DNA of 64,000 bases from a virus: the IMG/VR virus record IMGVR_UViG_2548876926_000005. One strand, given 5' to 3'. The translations under genes and the position numbers were made by a program. Position 1 is the first letter of the stretch; the number at the start of each line of letters is the position of its first letter. Below the pieces are notes generated by a model, which saw only the letters and a program-made list of their open reading frames with translations, ran no database searches and was not told the origin of the DNA. Positions 26,625 through 36,957 of this stretch are shown here, in pieces.

Positions 26625-29600
26625 GTGGCGCAAGGCATGGATTTCGGGTACTACACCCTCCCCGTCATCCCGTCGTTTGTCGACATCGAATCGAAGTCGC
26701 AGACGGCGCTGAACCGCTCCGTGGGCGCACTCGGAACCAAGGTCGGTAAGACCTTCGGAAAGAACCTCGCCGACGGTGTCGTGTCCGCCGAAGCGCAGTT
26801 GACCCGCGCCTACGACAACGTCATCAAAATTCAAGACAAGGCCGCCGACGCGACCGGCAAGCTGGCCACCGCCGAAGCCAAACTCCAGCGGCTACAGAAG
26901 ATCGGCGCATCCAACGACCGGATCGTCGCGGCCACCGAGGCCCGAAACAAGGCCCGCCGCGACGAAATTCGCGCGGTCAAAGAGGCCACCGCCGCCCAAG
27001 ACGACTACGAGCGGTCACTGAAACGGCACAACAGCGGAGCCGACGCCCTCGACAACTTGGGGCTTAGCTACGAAGCGTTGGCAGGCAAGGCTTCACTGGC
27101 TGCCGCGGCCTTGGGCACCGCGGTCGGCGCGGGGATGGCTGCGGCAGCAGCGGGCGCGATCCAACTCGGCCGCGAGTTGTACGACCTGGGCGCGCAGTTC
27201 GACGAAACCTTCGACCAGCTGCAGATCACCACCGGCGCCAGCGGCGGTGCGCTTGACGCGCTCGAGGTGTCGGTGAAGAACCTTGGGCGTTCGGTGCCGC
27301 TGCCGTTTGCCGAACTCGGCAAGGTTGTCGGCGAGGTCAACCGCGACCTGCACCTGACCGGTCCCACGCTCGACGCGGTGTCGAAGTCGGTCGCCAACCT
27401 GGGCAGGCTCACCGGTGAGGCGGTCGACGTGCGCGGGCTGGGCCGGGCGTTCCGATCCTTTGGGGTCGAAGGCAAAGACCAGGTAGCGACCCTGGATTCG
27501 TTGTTCGGTGCCTGGCAGCGCACCGGCATTCCCATCAACGAACTGTTGGCCACGGTCACCAAGGGTGGCCCGCAGCTGCGGCAATTCGGGTTCACTTTCG
27601 GCCAGTCCGCCGCGCTCATCGGCATGTTGGACGAGCGCGGGTTGGACGCCGACAAGGCGGTCATGGCGCTGACCAAGAGCTTGGGCACGCTGGCCAAGAC
27701 GCAGGGTGTCACCGGGCCGGATGCGTTGCGGCAAACCGTTTCCCAGATCAAGGCGCTGACTGATGCTGGCCGGGACGCCGAGGCGCTGAACCTGACCAAC
27801 AAGATTTTCGGCGCCAAGGGCGGCGTGCAGTTCTTCGACGCCATCAAGTCCGGTGCGCTGGATTTGCAGACGTTGCAGTCGGCGCTGGATTCGACCGGCG
27901 CCTCGATCAACGACACGGCAGCCGATACCGATGACTTCGAACAGAAGTGGCAGATCTTCAAAAACAACACCGCGGCGGCGCTAGAACCGTTGGCGTCCAG
28001 CCTGTTCGCGTTCGTCAACGATGGTCTGGGCTCGCTCGCTGTGTGGGTCCAAGCCCACCAACCCGAGGTCATCGGATTCTTCAGCACCGCCACACAAGGC
28101 GTCATCTTGTTCGGCGAAACCATCCTGCGGATGGCCTCGGACGCACTCGATGCGCTGTCGCTGTTGGTCGGCGGGCTGGGCAACACGGTCGGATTCACGC
28201 TCAAGGCAGCCTCGGCGTTCGCGTCCCTGACCGGCGACAAGGTTGGCGCACAACGGATGCACGACTTGTCCGAGGACGCGTTCTCGTGGGGCGAGAACAT
28301 GCGGGGCCTGGCCGACAAGCTCGACGGCACAGCCGACGGCCTGTTCAATCTGCGCAAACGCATTCAGGCCACCGGCGAAGAGATGGCCACGGCAGCCAAA
28401 TTCACGTCCGCGCTCGGTGAAGCGACAGCCAGTATCCCGGACGGCAAGACCATCCAAATTTCGGAGAACACCCCCGAGGTCCGCCGCAAGCTCGCCGATA
28501 TCGGTGTGCAGGTCGAAACCTTGCCTGATGGCACGGTGACGGTCACCGCCAACACCGATCAGGGCAAGAAAGTCCTTGAGTCGTGGCGCAAGTCGATCGA
28601 GCACGACAAGCCCGCCGAGGTGCCGATCACCGCCGACACTTCGGAGGCTGAGCATAAGTGGGCGCTGTTCCGCGACATGCTGCAGAACCCCGGCCCCACC
28701 CCGGTCACGGGCCCGTTCATGGGCGGCAACGCGAACGCCAACGCACCATGGATTCCGTTCCTGCCGCCGCCACGCGCCCGCGGCGGGATCTTCGACGTGT
28801 GGGATTCGGTGGCCTCATTCGCGAAGGGCGGCACCCTGCCGAAACGGGCGGTCATTCAGCCCGCCGTGGCTGGTTCCGGACTGGTGCAGTGGGCCGAACC
28901 ATCCACTGGCGGTGAGGCATTCATCCCACTAGACGGTGGCCAACGCTCTATCGACATTTGGATCGAAACCGGCCGGCGCCTCGGTCTCATGCGCAGCTAC
29001 GAGCAGGGAGGTGTGAACCCTGGACTGAACCCCGGTGCCGACTACCTGCGCTCGCTCGTGATGCAGATGTGGCCGCAGATCACCCGCATCGGCGGTCGCC
29101 GCTCTGAGGACGGGTTCGGTGAGCATTCATCCGGCAACGCGCTGGACATCATGATCCCGAACTACGACAGCCCGCAGGGCAAGGCGCTCGGCGACTCAGT
29201 GGCCGCGTTCCTGGTGCAAAACGCCTCGGCCCTTGACCTCAACGGTTTCATCTGGCGGCAGCAGAGCTACGGCTACGGCGGTTCCTTCACCACGGGTAAA
29301 CCGATGTCCAACCGTGGAGACGACACCCAAAACCACATGGACCACGTTCACGTCATCCTCGGCGCGGGCAGGGGAGTGAACGCAACGGCTGTCGGTTTAC
29401 CGAAGGCGCCGTTGGTGGGATCCGGGGGTGTCAGTGTCGGGTCGTTCCCGTCAGGAAACCTGAGCGGCGGCGCGGGCGGTGGCCGCGGCGGCGGCGGCAG
29501 CGTGTTCGGGGCCGGGTATCAGACCGGCCGCGGGACACCGGGTTACGACGAAGACGGCCGACCCGGCTACTACGCCCCGGACCCGAGGCAGGTCCGTGAA

Positions 29601-30353
29601 GCCGAGGAACGTGTCGCCGATGCACAGCAGCGCATCAAGGATGCGGACGCGCAGGTCAAGATCGCCGAGGCCCGTAGAAGCGAACTCGATTTCGACGCCT
29701 CGGAATCGCAGAAGCTGTCCGCCGATAACGCGTTGGAGAAGGCGAAGGCCGACGCGGCCAAGGCGCGCCGCGAAGCCCAGGACAGCCAAGCCGATCTGGC
29801 CGAGGCGCAGCGCGGAAAGTTCACTGCCGCCAAGGAATCCAAGAAAGGCAAGGGCGGCGACGACCTGTCCGATATCGGCAGGATCATCGGCGGCGGTTTC
29901 GCCGAAACATTCGGCCTGGACGGTTCGGTGTTCCCGAACATCGAAGAGTTGGGGATCGTCAAGTTGGCCAAGGCCATCTTGGGTATCAAGTACACCCCGC
30001 AGGGCACCGGGTTCGCCGGCGGGCTACTTGCCGGTGGTGGCGGCGGTGGTGGTCTCGGCGGTCCCAGTGGTGTATTCGGTGGCGCGGCCTTCGACGGGGG
30101 CGGGGCCACGTCCGGTTTGCCGTTCGGGATGGTGCCCGAAGTGTCGTCGATGCTGCCGTCGCTCACCGGCGGGACGGCGCATCCGGGGTCGGGGATGCCT
30201 CCGGGCGTCGGCAACGGGCCCGTCGATCAGTCGCTGAACGTCACGATCAATAACCCGCAGGGCGACGAGCGGTCGATCGCCGACCGCACCCGCCGCGTCC
30301 TGCTGAACACACCGCGGCAGATGACCCACGAACCCATCGGCGGTGGCCCGTAA
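26625..30353 (+). CDS. Tape measure protein with embedded metallopeptidase-like domain
   Basis: 1242 aa Ala/Gly-rich; HSSGNALD...NHMDHVH. Confidence 0.95.
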   Translation: MAQGMDFGYYTLPVIPSFVDIESKSQTALNRSVGALGTKVGKTFGKNLADGVVSAEAQLTRAYDNVIKIQDKAADATGKLATAEAKLQRLQKIGASNDRIVAATEARNKARRDEIRAVKEATAAQDDYERSLKRHNSGADALDNLGLSYEALAGKASLAAAALGTAVGAGMAAAAAGAIQLGRELYDLGAQFDETFDQLQITTGASGGALDALEVSVKNLGRSVPLPFAELGKVVGEVNRDLHLTGPTLDAVSKSVANLGRLTGEAVDVRGLGRAFRSFGVEGKDQVATLDSLFGAWQRTGIPINELLATVTKGGPQLRQFGFTFGQSAALIGMLDERGLDADKAVMALTKSLGTLAKTQGVTGPDALRQTVSQIKALTDAGRDAEALNLTNKIFGAKGGVQFFDAIKSGALDLQTLQSALDSTGASINDTAADTDDFEQKWQIFKNNTAAALEPLASSLFAFVNDGLGSLAVWVQAHQPEVIGFFSTATQGVILFGETILRMASDALDALSLLVGGLGNTVGFTLKAASAFASLTGDKVGAQRMHDLSEDAFSWGENMRGLADKLDGTADGLFNLRKRIQATGEEMATAAKFTSALGEATASIPDGKTIQISENTPEVRRKLADIGVQVETLPDGTVTVTANTDQGKKVLESWRKSIEHDKPAEVPITADTSEAEHKWALFRDMLQNPGPTPVTGPFMGGNANANAPWIPFLPPPRARGGIFDVWDSVASFAKGGTLPKRAVIQPAVAGSGLVQWAEPSTGGEAFIPLDGGQRSIDIWIETGRRLGLMRSYEQGGVNPGLNPGADYLRSLVMQMWPQITRIGGRRSEDGFGEHSSGNALDIMIPNYDSPQGKALGDSVAAFLVQNASALDLNGFIWRQQSYGYGGSFTTGKPMSNRGDDTQNHMDHVHVILGAGRGVNATAVGLPKAPLVGSGGVSVGSFPSGNLSGGAGGGRGGGGSVFGAGYQTGRGTPGYDEDGRPGYYAPDPRQVREAEERVADAQQRIKDADAQVKIAEARRSELDFDASESQKLSADNALEKAKADAAKARREAQDSQADLAEAQRGKFTAAKESKKGKGGDDLSDIGRIIGGGFAETFGLDGSVFPNIEELGIVKLAKAILGIKYTPQGTGFAGGLLAGGGGGGGLGGPSGVFGGAAFDGGGATSGLPFGMVPEVSSMLPSLTGGTAHPGSGMPPGVGNGPVDQSLNVTINNPQGDERSIADRTRRVLLNTPRQMTHEPIGGGP

Positions 30354-31459
30354 TGACGAGCGCACAACTTACCGGGCCACGCCGAAACGTGCCCTGGTCG
30401 CAGCTGTCCGAAGCTGCGCGCGGCGAAGCGGTCTCGTGCGCATGGATCGGGTCGGACGGCCAGTATTGGCCCCTCACCGGGCAACTCGCAGGCAGCGAGG
30501 GCGCATTCATCACCGGCCCCATCGACGGCATGGTGCATGTCCCGTTCGAAGGGATATGGACCACTCCCGCCTACGGCCCGCCGCGCTTCGAACGCACCGT
30601 CGACGGCCGACGCGAAATCTCCTTCACGTTGGGCCTGATGTCCGATTCGTCGCTGGGCTGGTACGACACCGAGGCCCGGTTCTGGCGCGGCTGCCGTAAG
30701 GACGCGACCGGATACTTCACGGTCACCACCCGCCGGCACGGCCAGCTGTGGATTCCGATGCAGCTGTTGGAGGCGCCGAAATGTGCGCTCCCGGATGATC
30801 CGGCGCTGCAACGCGTCGCGCTACACGAAATCATCTTGGCCGCGGACGGTGAACCGCGCTGGCACCGTCCGGACACCTCGCCGCCGCCGTTCGTGCGTCC
30901 ACCCGGTGGGCCGAGCCTGGGATTCATCCGGATCGCGAACCGCTCCACCGAGCCGGCGTGGCCCATTTTCTTTGTGCAGGCATCCAAGACCGCGCCGTCG
31001 AAGGTGCGTCTTGGTGATGGCCCGAACGCGATCGTGTCGGGCGAAGAGAACCCGTTCGATGACTGGCCGAAACTCTCGCGGCTGTTCGGGATCCCGTTCG
31101 TCGACGAATTGCTGGGCACGTTCACCCGCACCCGTGACGCGAACATGATCGATGTGCCGGAACTCAATCCCGGCGAGCACTGCATTATCGACACCGATCC
31201 CGCGCACCGGATCGCGATCACCGCCCAGGATCCGCCTGACAACCTGCTCAAGAAATTCATCCGCAATAGCGAGCTGCTGAACTGGATTTTGGGGGAGTAC
31301 GGCGACACCGGGTTGCCGCTGCTGCAACGATTTAAGGGCCAAGGGTTCTCGATTCCGATCCCGCCGCGCACCGTCGCGACGATCCCGGTCTCACATAACC
31401 AGCCCGGCGGCAAGATCTGGTGCCAGCTGCCGCAACGCTTCGAAAGCGCCCTGGCATGA
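30353..31459 (+). CDS. Minor tail protein (distal tail-like)
   Basis: First gene after tape measure. Confidence 0.85.
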   Translation: MTSAQLTGPRRNVPWSQLSEAARGEAVSCAWIGSDGQYWPLTGQLAGSEGAFITGPIDGMVHVPFEGIWTTPAYGPPRFERTVDGRREISFTLGLMSDSSLGWYDTEARFWRGCRKDATGYFTVTTRRHGQLWIPMQLLEAPKCALPDDPALQRVALHEIILAADGEPRWHRPDTSPPPFVRPPGGPSLGFIRIANRSTEPAWPIFFVQASKTAPSKVRLGDGPNAIVSGEENPFDDWPKLSRLFGIPFVDELLGTFTRTRDANMIDVPELNPGEHCIIDTDPAHRIAITAQDPPDNLLKKFIRNSELLNWILGEYGDTGLPLLQRFKGQGFSIPIPPRTVATIPVSHNQPGGKIWCQLPQRFESALA

Positions 31460-33174
31460 CCGCGCCCACCCTAACCCTGGACCCCAAGACACTCGCCGGC
31501 GAGTTCACCCCCGAGCTGCGGATGCATCTGCTGGAGCGCCGCTGGGCGTACATGAACCGGCGCACCAAAGCCCCACTGGTTCGACTGTGGGACAAAGAGT
31601 TCCGTTACATCGCGCGCGTCGAAAACCTCGATAAGTGGGATTGGGAAGAGCTGGCCACCGAGGACGGCGAAGCCAACATCACGTTTTCCGGCAAGGCAAA
31701 CGACTGGCTCCGCGAAATCATCACCTACCAAATTGGCGACGACGAAGACGTTCACATCACGATCGACCCCGACCCGGACAAGCCGCACGATTTCCGGACC
31801 CGCTGGGGCGGCAAGGTCATGATCATCGAGGACGACGAAGAAGCCGGAAAGGCTGCCGTCACAACGCTTAAGTGCATCTCAAATCGACGCCACCTCAAGG
31901 GAATCTACCTCGCAGCCAATCCCATTTTTCCCATGGAGGTGCAGCTGCCGAAGATGTTCCTGTGGGGTGGCCCCACGGTCACCACATGCGCAACGGCCAT
32001 GTTCTTCAACTGCATTCGGCTGTTCACGCTCAACGGATTCTTCCCGGTGCCGCGCAACATCTTCGCCCCGGAAACATGGCTGCAAAACCTCTCACCGCTC
32101 AATTGGCCGGTGCAGGTCATGCCTGTGGCTGGGCTGTTCGACCAATCGCGTTGGTGCACAATTGGTTCGCGCTGGAAGGATGCGCACACCGTGTTGTCGC
32201 CGGTGATGAAGGACGCCGGCGTCATCTGCCGCGCCTACACCTGGCTACCCGGCGATCCGGCCCCGTACACGATGTTCGGCCCCGAACTGGCCGAAATCCT
32301 CAAGCCCACACGCGCCTGCGTGATCCTGAGCTTCGAAGACAAGTCCGGTGTGACCGGCCCGACGGGCACCATGCTCGACGGCGCGATCAACCTGTTCGCC
32401 GCGACCCTCGATGACCTGATCACCGAGACGCTGATCCCGATCGACGCCGACCACGACGGCGAGGTCGACCCGTTCTTCCGGAAACTGATGCTGGTTTCCC
32501 CGAAGCCGCCGCCGTTCGTCTACCGAGACGTCGGCTATGGCAACATCCGGCGTCGCAAACTGCGGATCTACAAGAGCCGCGCCACCGACATCATCGTCGG
32601 CGGCAAGAGCCCCCAATGGGTCAACCAGGCAATAACATTCGCGATCCGCTACGGCATATCGCAACTGGCCCAAGTGATCATGGGCGTCGAGGCCGCTGGC
32701 GTCGAAGGTTTGGACAACCTGTACCAAGGCCAGCTCGACGACGTGTTCCTGGCGTTCATGCGCTACGTCAACCCGCTGCGGTCGGCCAAGGCCGGAAGTT
32801 ACGCGTTCCGTGAGTATTTCAAGAATCCGGGCGGCAGCGCCTACGTCATCAACGCCATACAAGAGCTAGCCGCCGGCGATTTCGAAATGAAGGCGTACCG
32901 GTCGATGAAGTTCGACGTCGGCGACGGGCAGCCCTACATCCTCGGCGAGGACTTCTGGCTCGGCGACCGCGTCTCAGCGGAAATCCGGGGCGTGGTCTAC
33001 ACCGACCAAATCATGGCGATCAAGGGCGAAGGCGACCGCACCACGGCAGGACGGCCCACGGTGTCGTTCGGCGACGACTCCCGCGACGAAGACCCGGTCG
33101 CCCGCGGGTTCCGCACTATCGGCAACGTCGCGAACTTCGCGGCACTATTGGCAGGAAGCGGGGATTTGTTCTGA
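31456..33174 (+). CDS. Minor tail protein (hub/Tal-like)
   Basis: PLVRLWD, RWGG, FWLGDRV pattern typical of mycobacteriophage tail hubs. Confidence 0.9.
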   Translation: MTAPTLTLDPKTLAGEFTPELRMHLLERRWAYMNRRTKAPLVRLWDKEFRYIARVENLDKWDWEELATEDGEANITFSGKANDWLREIITYQIGDDEDVHITIDPDPDKPHDFRTRWGGKVMIIEDDEEAGKAAVTTLKCISNRRHLKGIYLAANPIFPMEVQLPKMFLWGGPTVTTCATAMFFNCIRLFTLNGFFPVPRNIFAPETWLQNLSPLNWPVQVMPVAGLFDQSRWCTIGSRWKDAHTVLSPVMKDAGVICRAYTWLPGDPAPYTMFGPELAEILKPTRACVILSFEDKSGVTGPTGTMLDGAINLFAATLDDLITETLIPIDADHDGEVDPFFRKLMLVSPKPPPFVYRDVGYGNIRRRKLRIYKSRATDIIVGGKSPQWVNQAITFAIRYGISQLAQVIMGVEAAGVEGLDNLYQGQLDDVFLAFMRYVNPLRSAKAGSYAFREYFKNPGGSAYVINAIQELAAGDFEMKAYRSMKFDVGDGQPYILGEDFWLGDRVSAEIRGVVYTDQIMAIKGEGDRTTAGRPTVSFGDDSRDEDPVARGFRTIGNVANFAALLAGSGDLF

Positions 33175-33728
33175 TGAGCAGACGAAACCGTCAGCAAGAC
33201 AAGGTTTTCCCGAAATTTCCGTACGACCGAAAGTTCACGAAATCTGAGCTTGAAGAGATTTTCGCGAAGCAAGACCGGCTGTGCGCGGCGTTCCGCGACG
33301 CGGTCGGCCCGAACGGATGCGGCCTGGGAATGCCGGAAGACCACCTGCAGCTGCTGATGTTTCACGGCGCGCTGGCCGGTGTCGACGTCGACGAAGACAA
33401 GGCGTTCATCCGGGCGCGGCGGCTGCCGGATGAAACCGGGCGACTGGTCGACGCCGTCGAGTGGGTCGTGAAAAAGGACGACACACCGCGAGACCGCAAT
33501 AGGGATGCGCGCCGCGAGGCACGCGCCCGCGCACGCGAGATTGACGAGCTTGATCCGGAAGTCCGCGACGCGCTGATCGACATGGTCAAACGCAAGGGAC
33601 AACGCGTCTACGACCGTGGCCGCGCCGAGGTTCCGGCCGAGGACCGCGACGAGTACTCCGCACGGCTGGCCGACACCGACGACGAACAACCCGAAGACCT
33701 GGACGACACCAAGGAGAACATGCCGTGA
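33174..33728 (+). CDS. Minor tail-associated protein
   Basis: Position; H...AG...W motif. Confidence 0.7.
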   Translation: MSRRNRQQDKVFPKFPYDRKFTKSELEEIFAKQDRLCAAFRDAVGPNGCGLGMPEDHLQLLMFHGALAGVDVDEDKAFIRARRLPDETGRLVDAVEWVVKKDDTPRDRNRDARREARARAREIDELDPEVRDALIDMVKRKGQRVYDRGRAEVPAEDRDEYSARLADTDDEQPEDLDDTKENMP

Positions 33729-34831
33729 CGTCTGCACTCATCCCCACCGAGCCGATCTTTCTGGGCGAAAGAGTAATCCGCACCCTGTTCTATGCGGCGC
33801 CCCGCAATCCCGGCGACCCGCAAACGATCATCGGCACCTTCACGCTGATGCCCGGCGAAGACAACATCGTCTTGGACGCCATCAAGGGCGAGAAGGGCGA
33901 CCGCGGCGACATGTCGCCGTTCTGGCGCCCGCAGTGGGGTTCGACCATCAACTTGCCCGTGGATCTGCCCGACGACCTCGGTGACGCCGACGCCGGAATG
34001 GCCTGGTACATCGCCGGTTACTGGCATGTCTGGGACGGCAACGGCTGGCGAATCATCTTGGGCGCGATCCCCGGACCGCCCGGCCCCACCCCGAACCTGC
34101 ACATGACCGCACGCGGTGTCGCGCCGCCCTCTGGCGGCATCACCTACCCGCTGAACCTGAACGTCACACCCGGTGGTACCACGCTGGAGCCGACGTTCGC
34201 GATCGACATCCCGCTCATTCCCGGACCCAAGGGCGACAACGCGAAAATCCTCGAGGCCGATGATTTCGTCGGGCCCATCGAGGACGGTCAATCTCTGATC
34301 TACGACTCGACCCTGGCCGGCGGTGCCGGCGGTATCCGCGGCGGCAGTCCGGTCGGCACCGTCAAGAAACTCAGCATCCCCGAGCAGTCGTTTACCGGTG
34401 GCACCTACGGATCGACCTGGAATATCGTTGCCACGCTCATCGTTCCGGGGCAGCCGCTCCCGTACTACCCCGAGTTCGACGGGCATCTGCGGTGGAAACG
34501 AAGCGGCCTGTTCAACAACGCGCAGATCGAAGTTCAGGTGCGGGCCCTGCCGCAGGGCTCTACCAGCGCACCGGAAACCGGAACCCTGTGCGCTCGTGCC
34601 TTGTACGACCCGAGCACCCTGGACGCCGAAACCATCGCGCACGTCCGCGAACAGTGGTCCGACACCGGCTATCCGGCGCGCGCGATCGGACCCGACTCCG
34701 GTGAAGGCCGCATCCCCGCCAACACGTCCATGGTCTATTACGTGCTGCTGTACCGGATCGGTGGTAGCGGGTCGGTGGTGTTCTCCACCCCTGGCGCCCA
34801 CATGTCGCTGAAGATGTTCCCGGTGAGCTGA
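33725..34831 (+). CDS. Minor tail protein with short collagen-like segments
   Basis: KGEKGDRGD, PGPPGP, PGPKGD. Confidence 0.85.
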   Translation: MTSALIPTEPIFLGERVIRTLFYAAPRNPGDPQTIIGTFTLMPGEDNIVLDAIKGEKGDRGDMSPFWRPQWGSTINLPVDLPDDLGDADAGMAWYIAGYWHVWDGNGWRIILGAIPGPPGPTPNLHMTARGVAPPSGGITYPLNLNVTPGGTTLEPTFAIDIPLIPGPKGDNAKILEADDFVGPIEDGQSLIYDSTLAGGAGGIRGGSPVGTVKKLSIPEQSFTGGTYGSTWNIVATLIVPGQPLPYYPEFDGHLRWKRSGLFNNAQIEVQVRALPQGSTSAPETGTLCARALYDPSTLDAETIAHVREQWSDTGYPARAIGPDSGEGRIPANTSMVYYVLLYRIGGSGSVVFSTPGAHMSLKMFPVS

Positions 34832-36957
34832 TGCCACGCAGCGTCGATAAGTTCCCAGAGAAGCGGGGTGCCGGTGCCACCTCGCTACACAATCCGCTGC
34901 GTTCGCAGTTGGATTATGAATCGGCGCTTGCTGATACCGCCAGACAGGCCGGCGACAAGATCCGTGGCGCCATCTCGGGGGCGCTGGACGACATCGTCGA
35001 TGTCATCCACGAATTCACCGGTCTTGATCTTGACGAACTGAAAAGCGCGCTCGATGGGATTGACCTTGGCAATCCCGGCGCGATCTTGGCCAAGATCGTT
35101 GAGTTGGCCGGTAATGCGCTCGGGTTCAAGGGCTTGCTGCCGTCGTCGTGGATCGCCGATGTCGTCGAGGATTTGACGCGCGGGGCTGGGGAATTCCTGA
35201 CGGCGGACAGCATCGCCGGAAACCCCTTCATGCAGTGGGATCCGGGCGCCGCTGGCTGGGAATCCGGCGGCGCCGGCAAGATGACAGCCAACGGCACACA
35301 GCAGTCGGTGCGCGGCGAAATCTTCGATGTCGTACCAGGTAACGTCGTGAAACTGCCCGCAGGCACACGCTGGTCGGGCCTCACCGCGACACCAGGTTCG
35401 AATCCGATCAAGGTCGGGTTCGCGGTGTGGGACGCGGCCGGCAACGTGCTGCCAGATGTGATCCGAGGACAGATTCAGCCGTCGACACCGTCCTCATCGT
35501 GGCAAGGGATCCCCACCACGGATTGGATCGTGCCGACTGGGGTAGCACGGGCCGCGGCGCTGATTGAGCTTGATTCGGGCGCCCTTTCCGGGGACGTGTG
35601 GTTCTCGAATGTGACCCCGCACAAGACGAACAAGATCCCTCCGGACTTACTGAAAAGCCTGGTCGAGGGCGGGCAAGACTTCGCCGAGGATGTACAGAAG
35701 ACCTGGGATGCGTTCTGGAACGGGGTTTTTGGCGCCAACGCCACCGGCAAGACCCCTGATGATGTGAAAACCGCTTCGGCGCATGTCACCGCGGTTGCTA
35801 GCGATGCGAACGCTGCGGCGCAGTTCGCCTCGTCGATGGTGATCCGGCCACGCCGCAGCCCGCGGTGGGTTTCCACTGGAACCCACGACGACGTGTCGTT
35901 CGCGATTGCCATGGCGCAAACGATGTTCACCCCGGCGTTGGGGGACATCACCTACATTCCGATCACCCCGGACACCGATCGCGTCTACAAGGCCCTCAAG
36001 TTCGGGCTGGTCGGCAACGCGATGACCAACCTCTACGTCGGGGTGTACAAGATCGAATACGACGGAACACTCACCCGCGCAGTCGACCTCGGCGATAAGA
36101 AATCAGCACTGACCGCATCGAAAGTGCAGACGTTCGCCATTCCCGGCGGTGTGTCGGTCGGGCGCGGTGAAACGGTGTTCATCGCCGTTCGGCAGGTTGG
36201 CGGTACCGCTGGGCAGATGTTCACCACACCCTCGCTGCTGCAAGTGACCGAGGTCGTGCAGCCGGTCCCGACCTACATCACCGAAAAGAACAACACGGGC
36301 ACAGGGCTTCCGGCCACCATCTCGGGGGCGATCGTGCGGTCGGAGTCCGCGCCGGCGTGGGGTGCACTCGGGGAGACCCTCTTGGATTCACCGTGGACGG
36401 ACTACACCGCGCCGGGCTGGTACACCTACCTGTTCGGCACCGATTCACGCTACGTCTACATCGCGGGATCGAGCGCCGGTGGCGGCGGTGGCGGTGGTGA
36501 CGGCGGCTGGGACAAGCCAGGCGAAGGCGGGCGCCGGGGCAACTGGGCGGCGCTGAGTCTGGAGCGCGGTGTCGGGATTCCCTGGGACGTACCCGGTTTG
36601 GACGTGTACGTTCCGGCGCCAGGTGCGGGCTCGCCGAGCAGGGAAACCAACGGCAGCCCCGGTGAGGCGTTGATTGTGCGGATGTCGACCGCGCCGGGCA
36701 CGGTGCTGTTGAACATTCCGGGCGGCAACGGCGGGCGCCTGGCCTACGGCGGGATCTTCAACCGCGATCCCGTTGGCGAGGCGCAGACCAATTACCCGTT
36801 CTTCGGGCGCTTGTTCGTCGGCGGCCTGGCGGCCCCGAAAGACACCAACGGCAACAGCCCCGGTGGCGGCGGTGGTGGCGGCGACGGCGGTGTCGCAGGC
36901 AATGCGCGGGCAGGCCGTCCGGGCGGGGCCGGTTTCTGCGCGATAAGGACGGCGTGA
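34831..36957 (+). CDS. Minor tail protein with Gly-rich C-terminus
   Basis: 708 aa; GGGGGGG...PGGGGGGG...GAG. Confidence 0.88.
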   Translation: MPRSVDKFPEKRGAGATSLHNPLRSQLDYESALADTARQAGDKIRGAISGALDDIVDVIHEFTGLDLDELKSALDGIDLGNPGAILAKIVELAGNALGFKGLLPSSWIADVVEDLTRGAGEFLTADSIAGNPFMQWDPGAAGWESGGAGKMTANGTQQSVRGEIFDVVPGNVVKLPAGTRWSGLTATPGSNPIKVGFAVWDAAGNVLPDVIRGQIQPSTPSSSWQGIPTTDWIVPTGVARAAALIELDSGALSGDVWFSNVTPHKTNKIPPDLLKSLVEGGQDFAEDVQKTWDAFWNGVFGANATGKTPDDVKTASAHVTAVASDANAAAQFASSMVIRPRRSPRWVSTGTHDDVSFAIAMAQTMFTPALGDITYIPITPDTDRVYKALKFGLVGNAMTNLYVGVYKIEYDGTLTRAVDLGDKKSALTASKVQTFAIPGGVSVGRGETVFIAVRQVGGTAGQMFTTPSLLQVTEVVQPVPTYITEKNNTGTGLPATISGAIVRSESAPAWGALGETLLDSPWTDYTAPGWYTYLFGTDSRYVYIAGSSAGGGGGGGDGGWDKPGEGGRRGNWAALSLERGVGIPWDVPGLDVYVPAPGAGSPSRETNGSPGEALIVRMSTAPGTVLLNIPGGNGGRLAYGGIFNRDPVGEAQTNYPFFGRLFVGGLAAPKDTNGNSPGGGGGGGDGGVAGNARAGRPGGAGFCAIRTA

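Noticed and set aside
27068..28363. 431-aa antisense ORF (likewise 40768-42273, 33608-34837, 21252-22253)
   Set aside because: Shadow ORFs opposite well-supported high-GC genes, with no recognisable motifs
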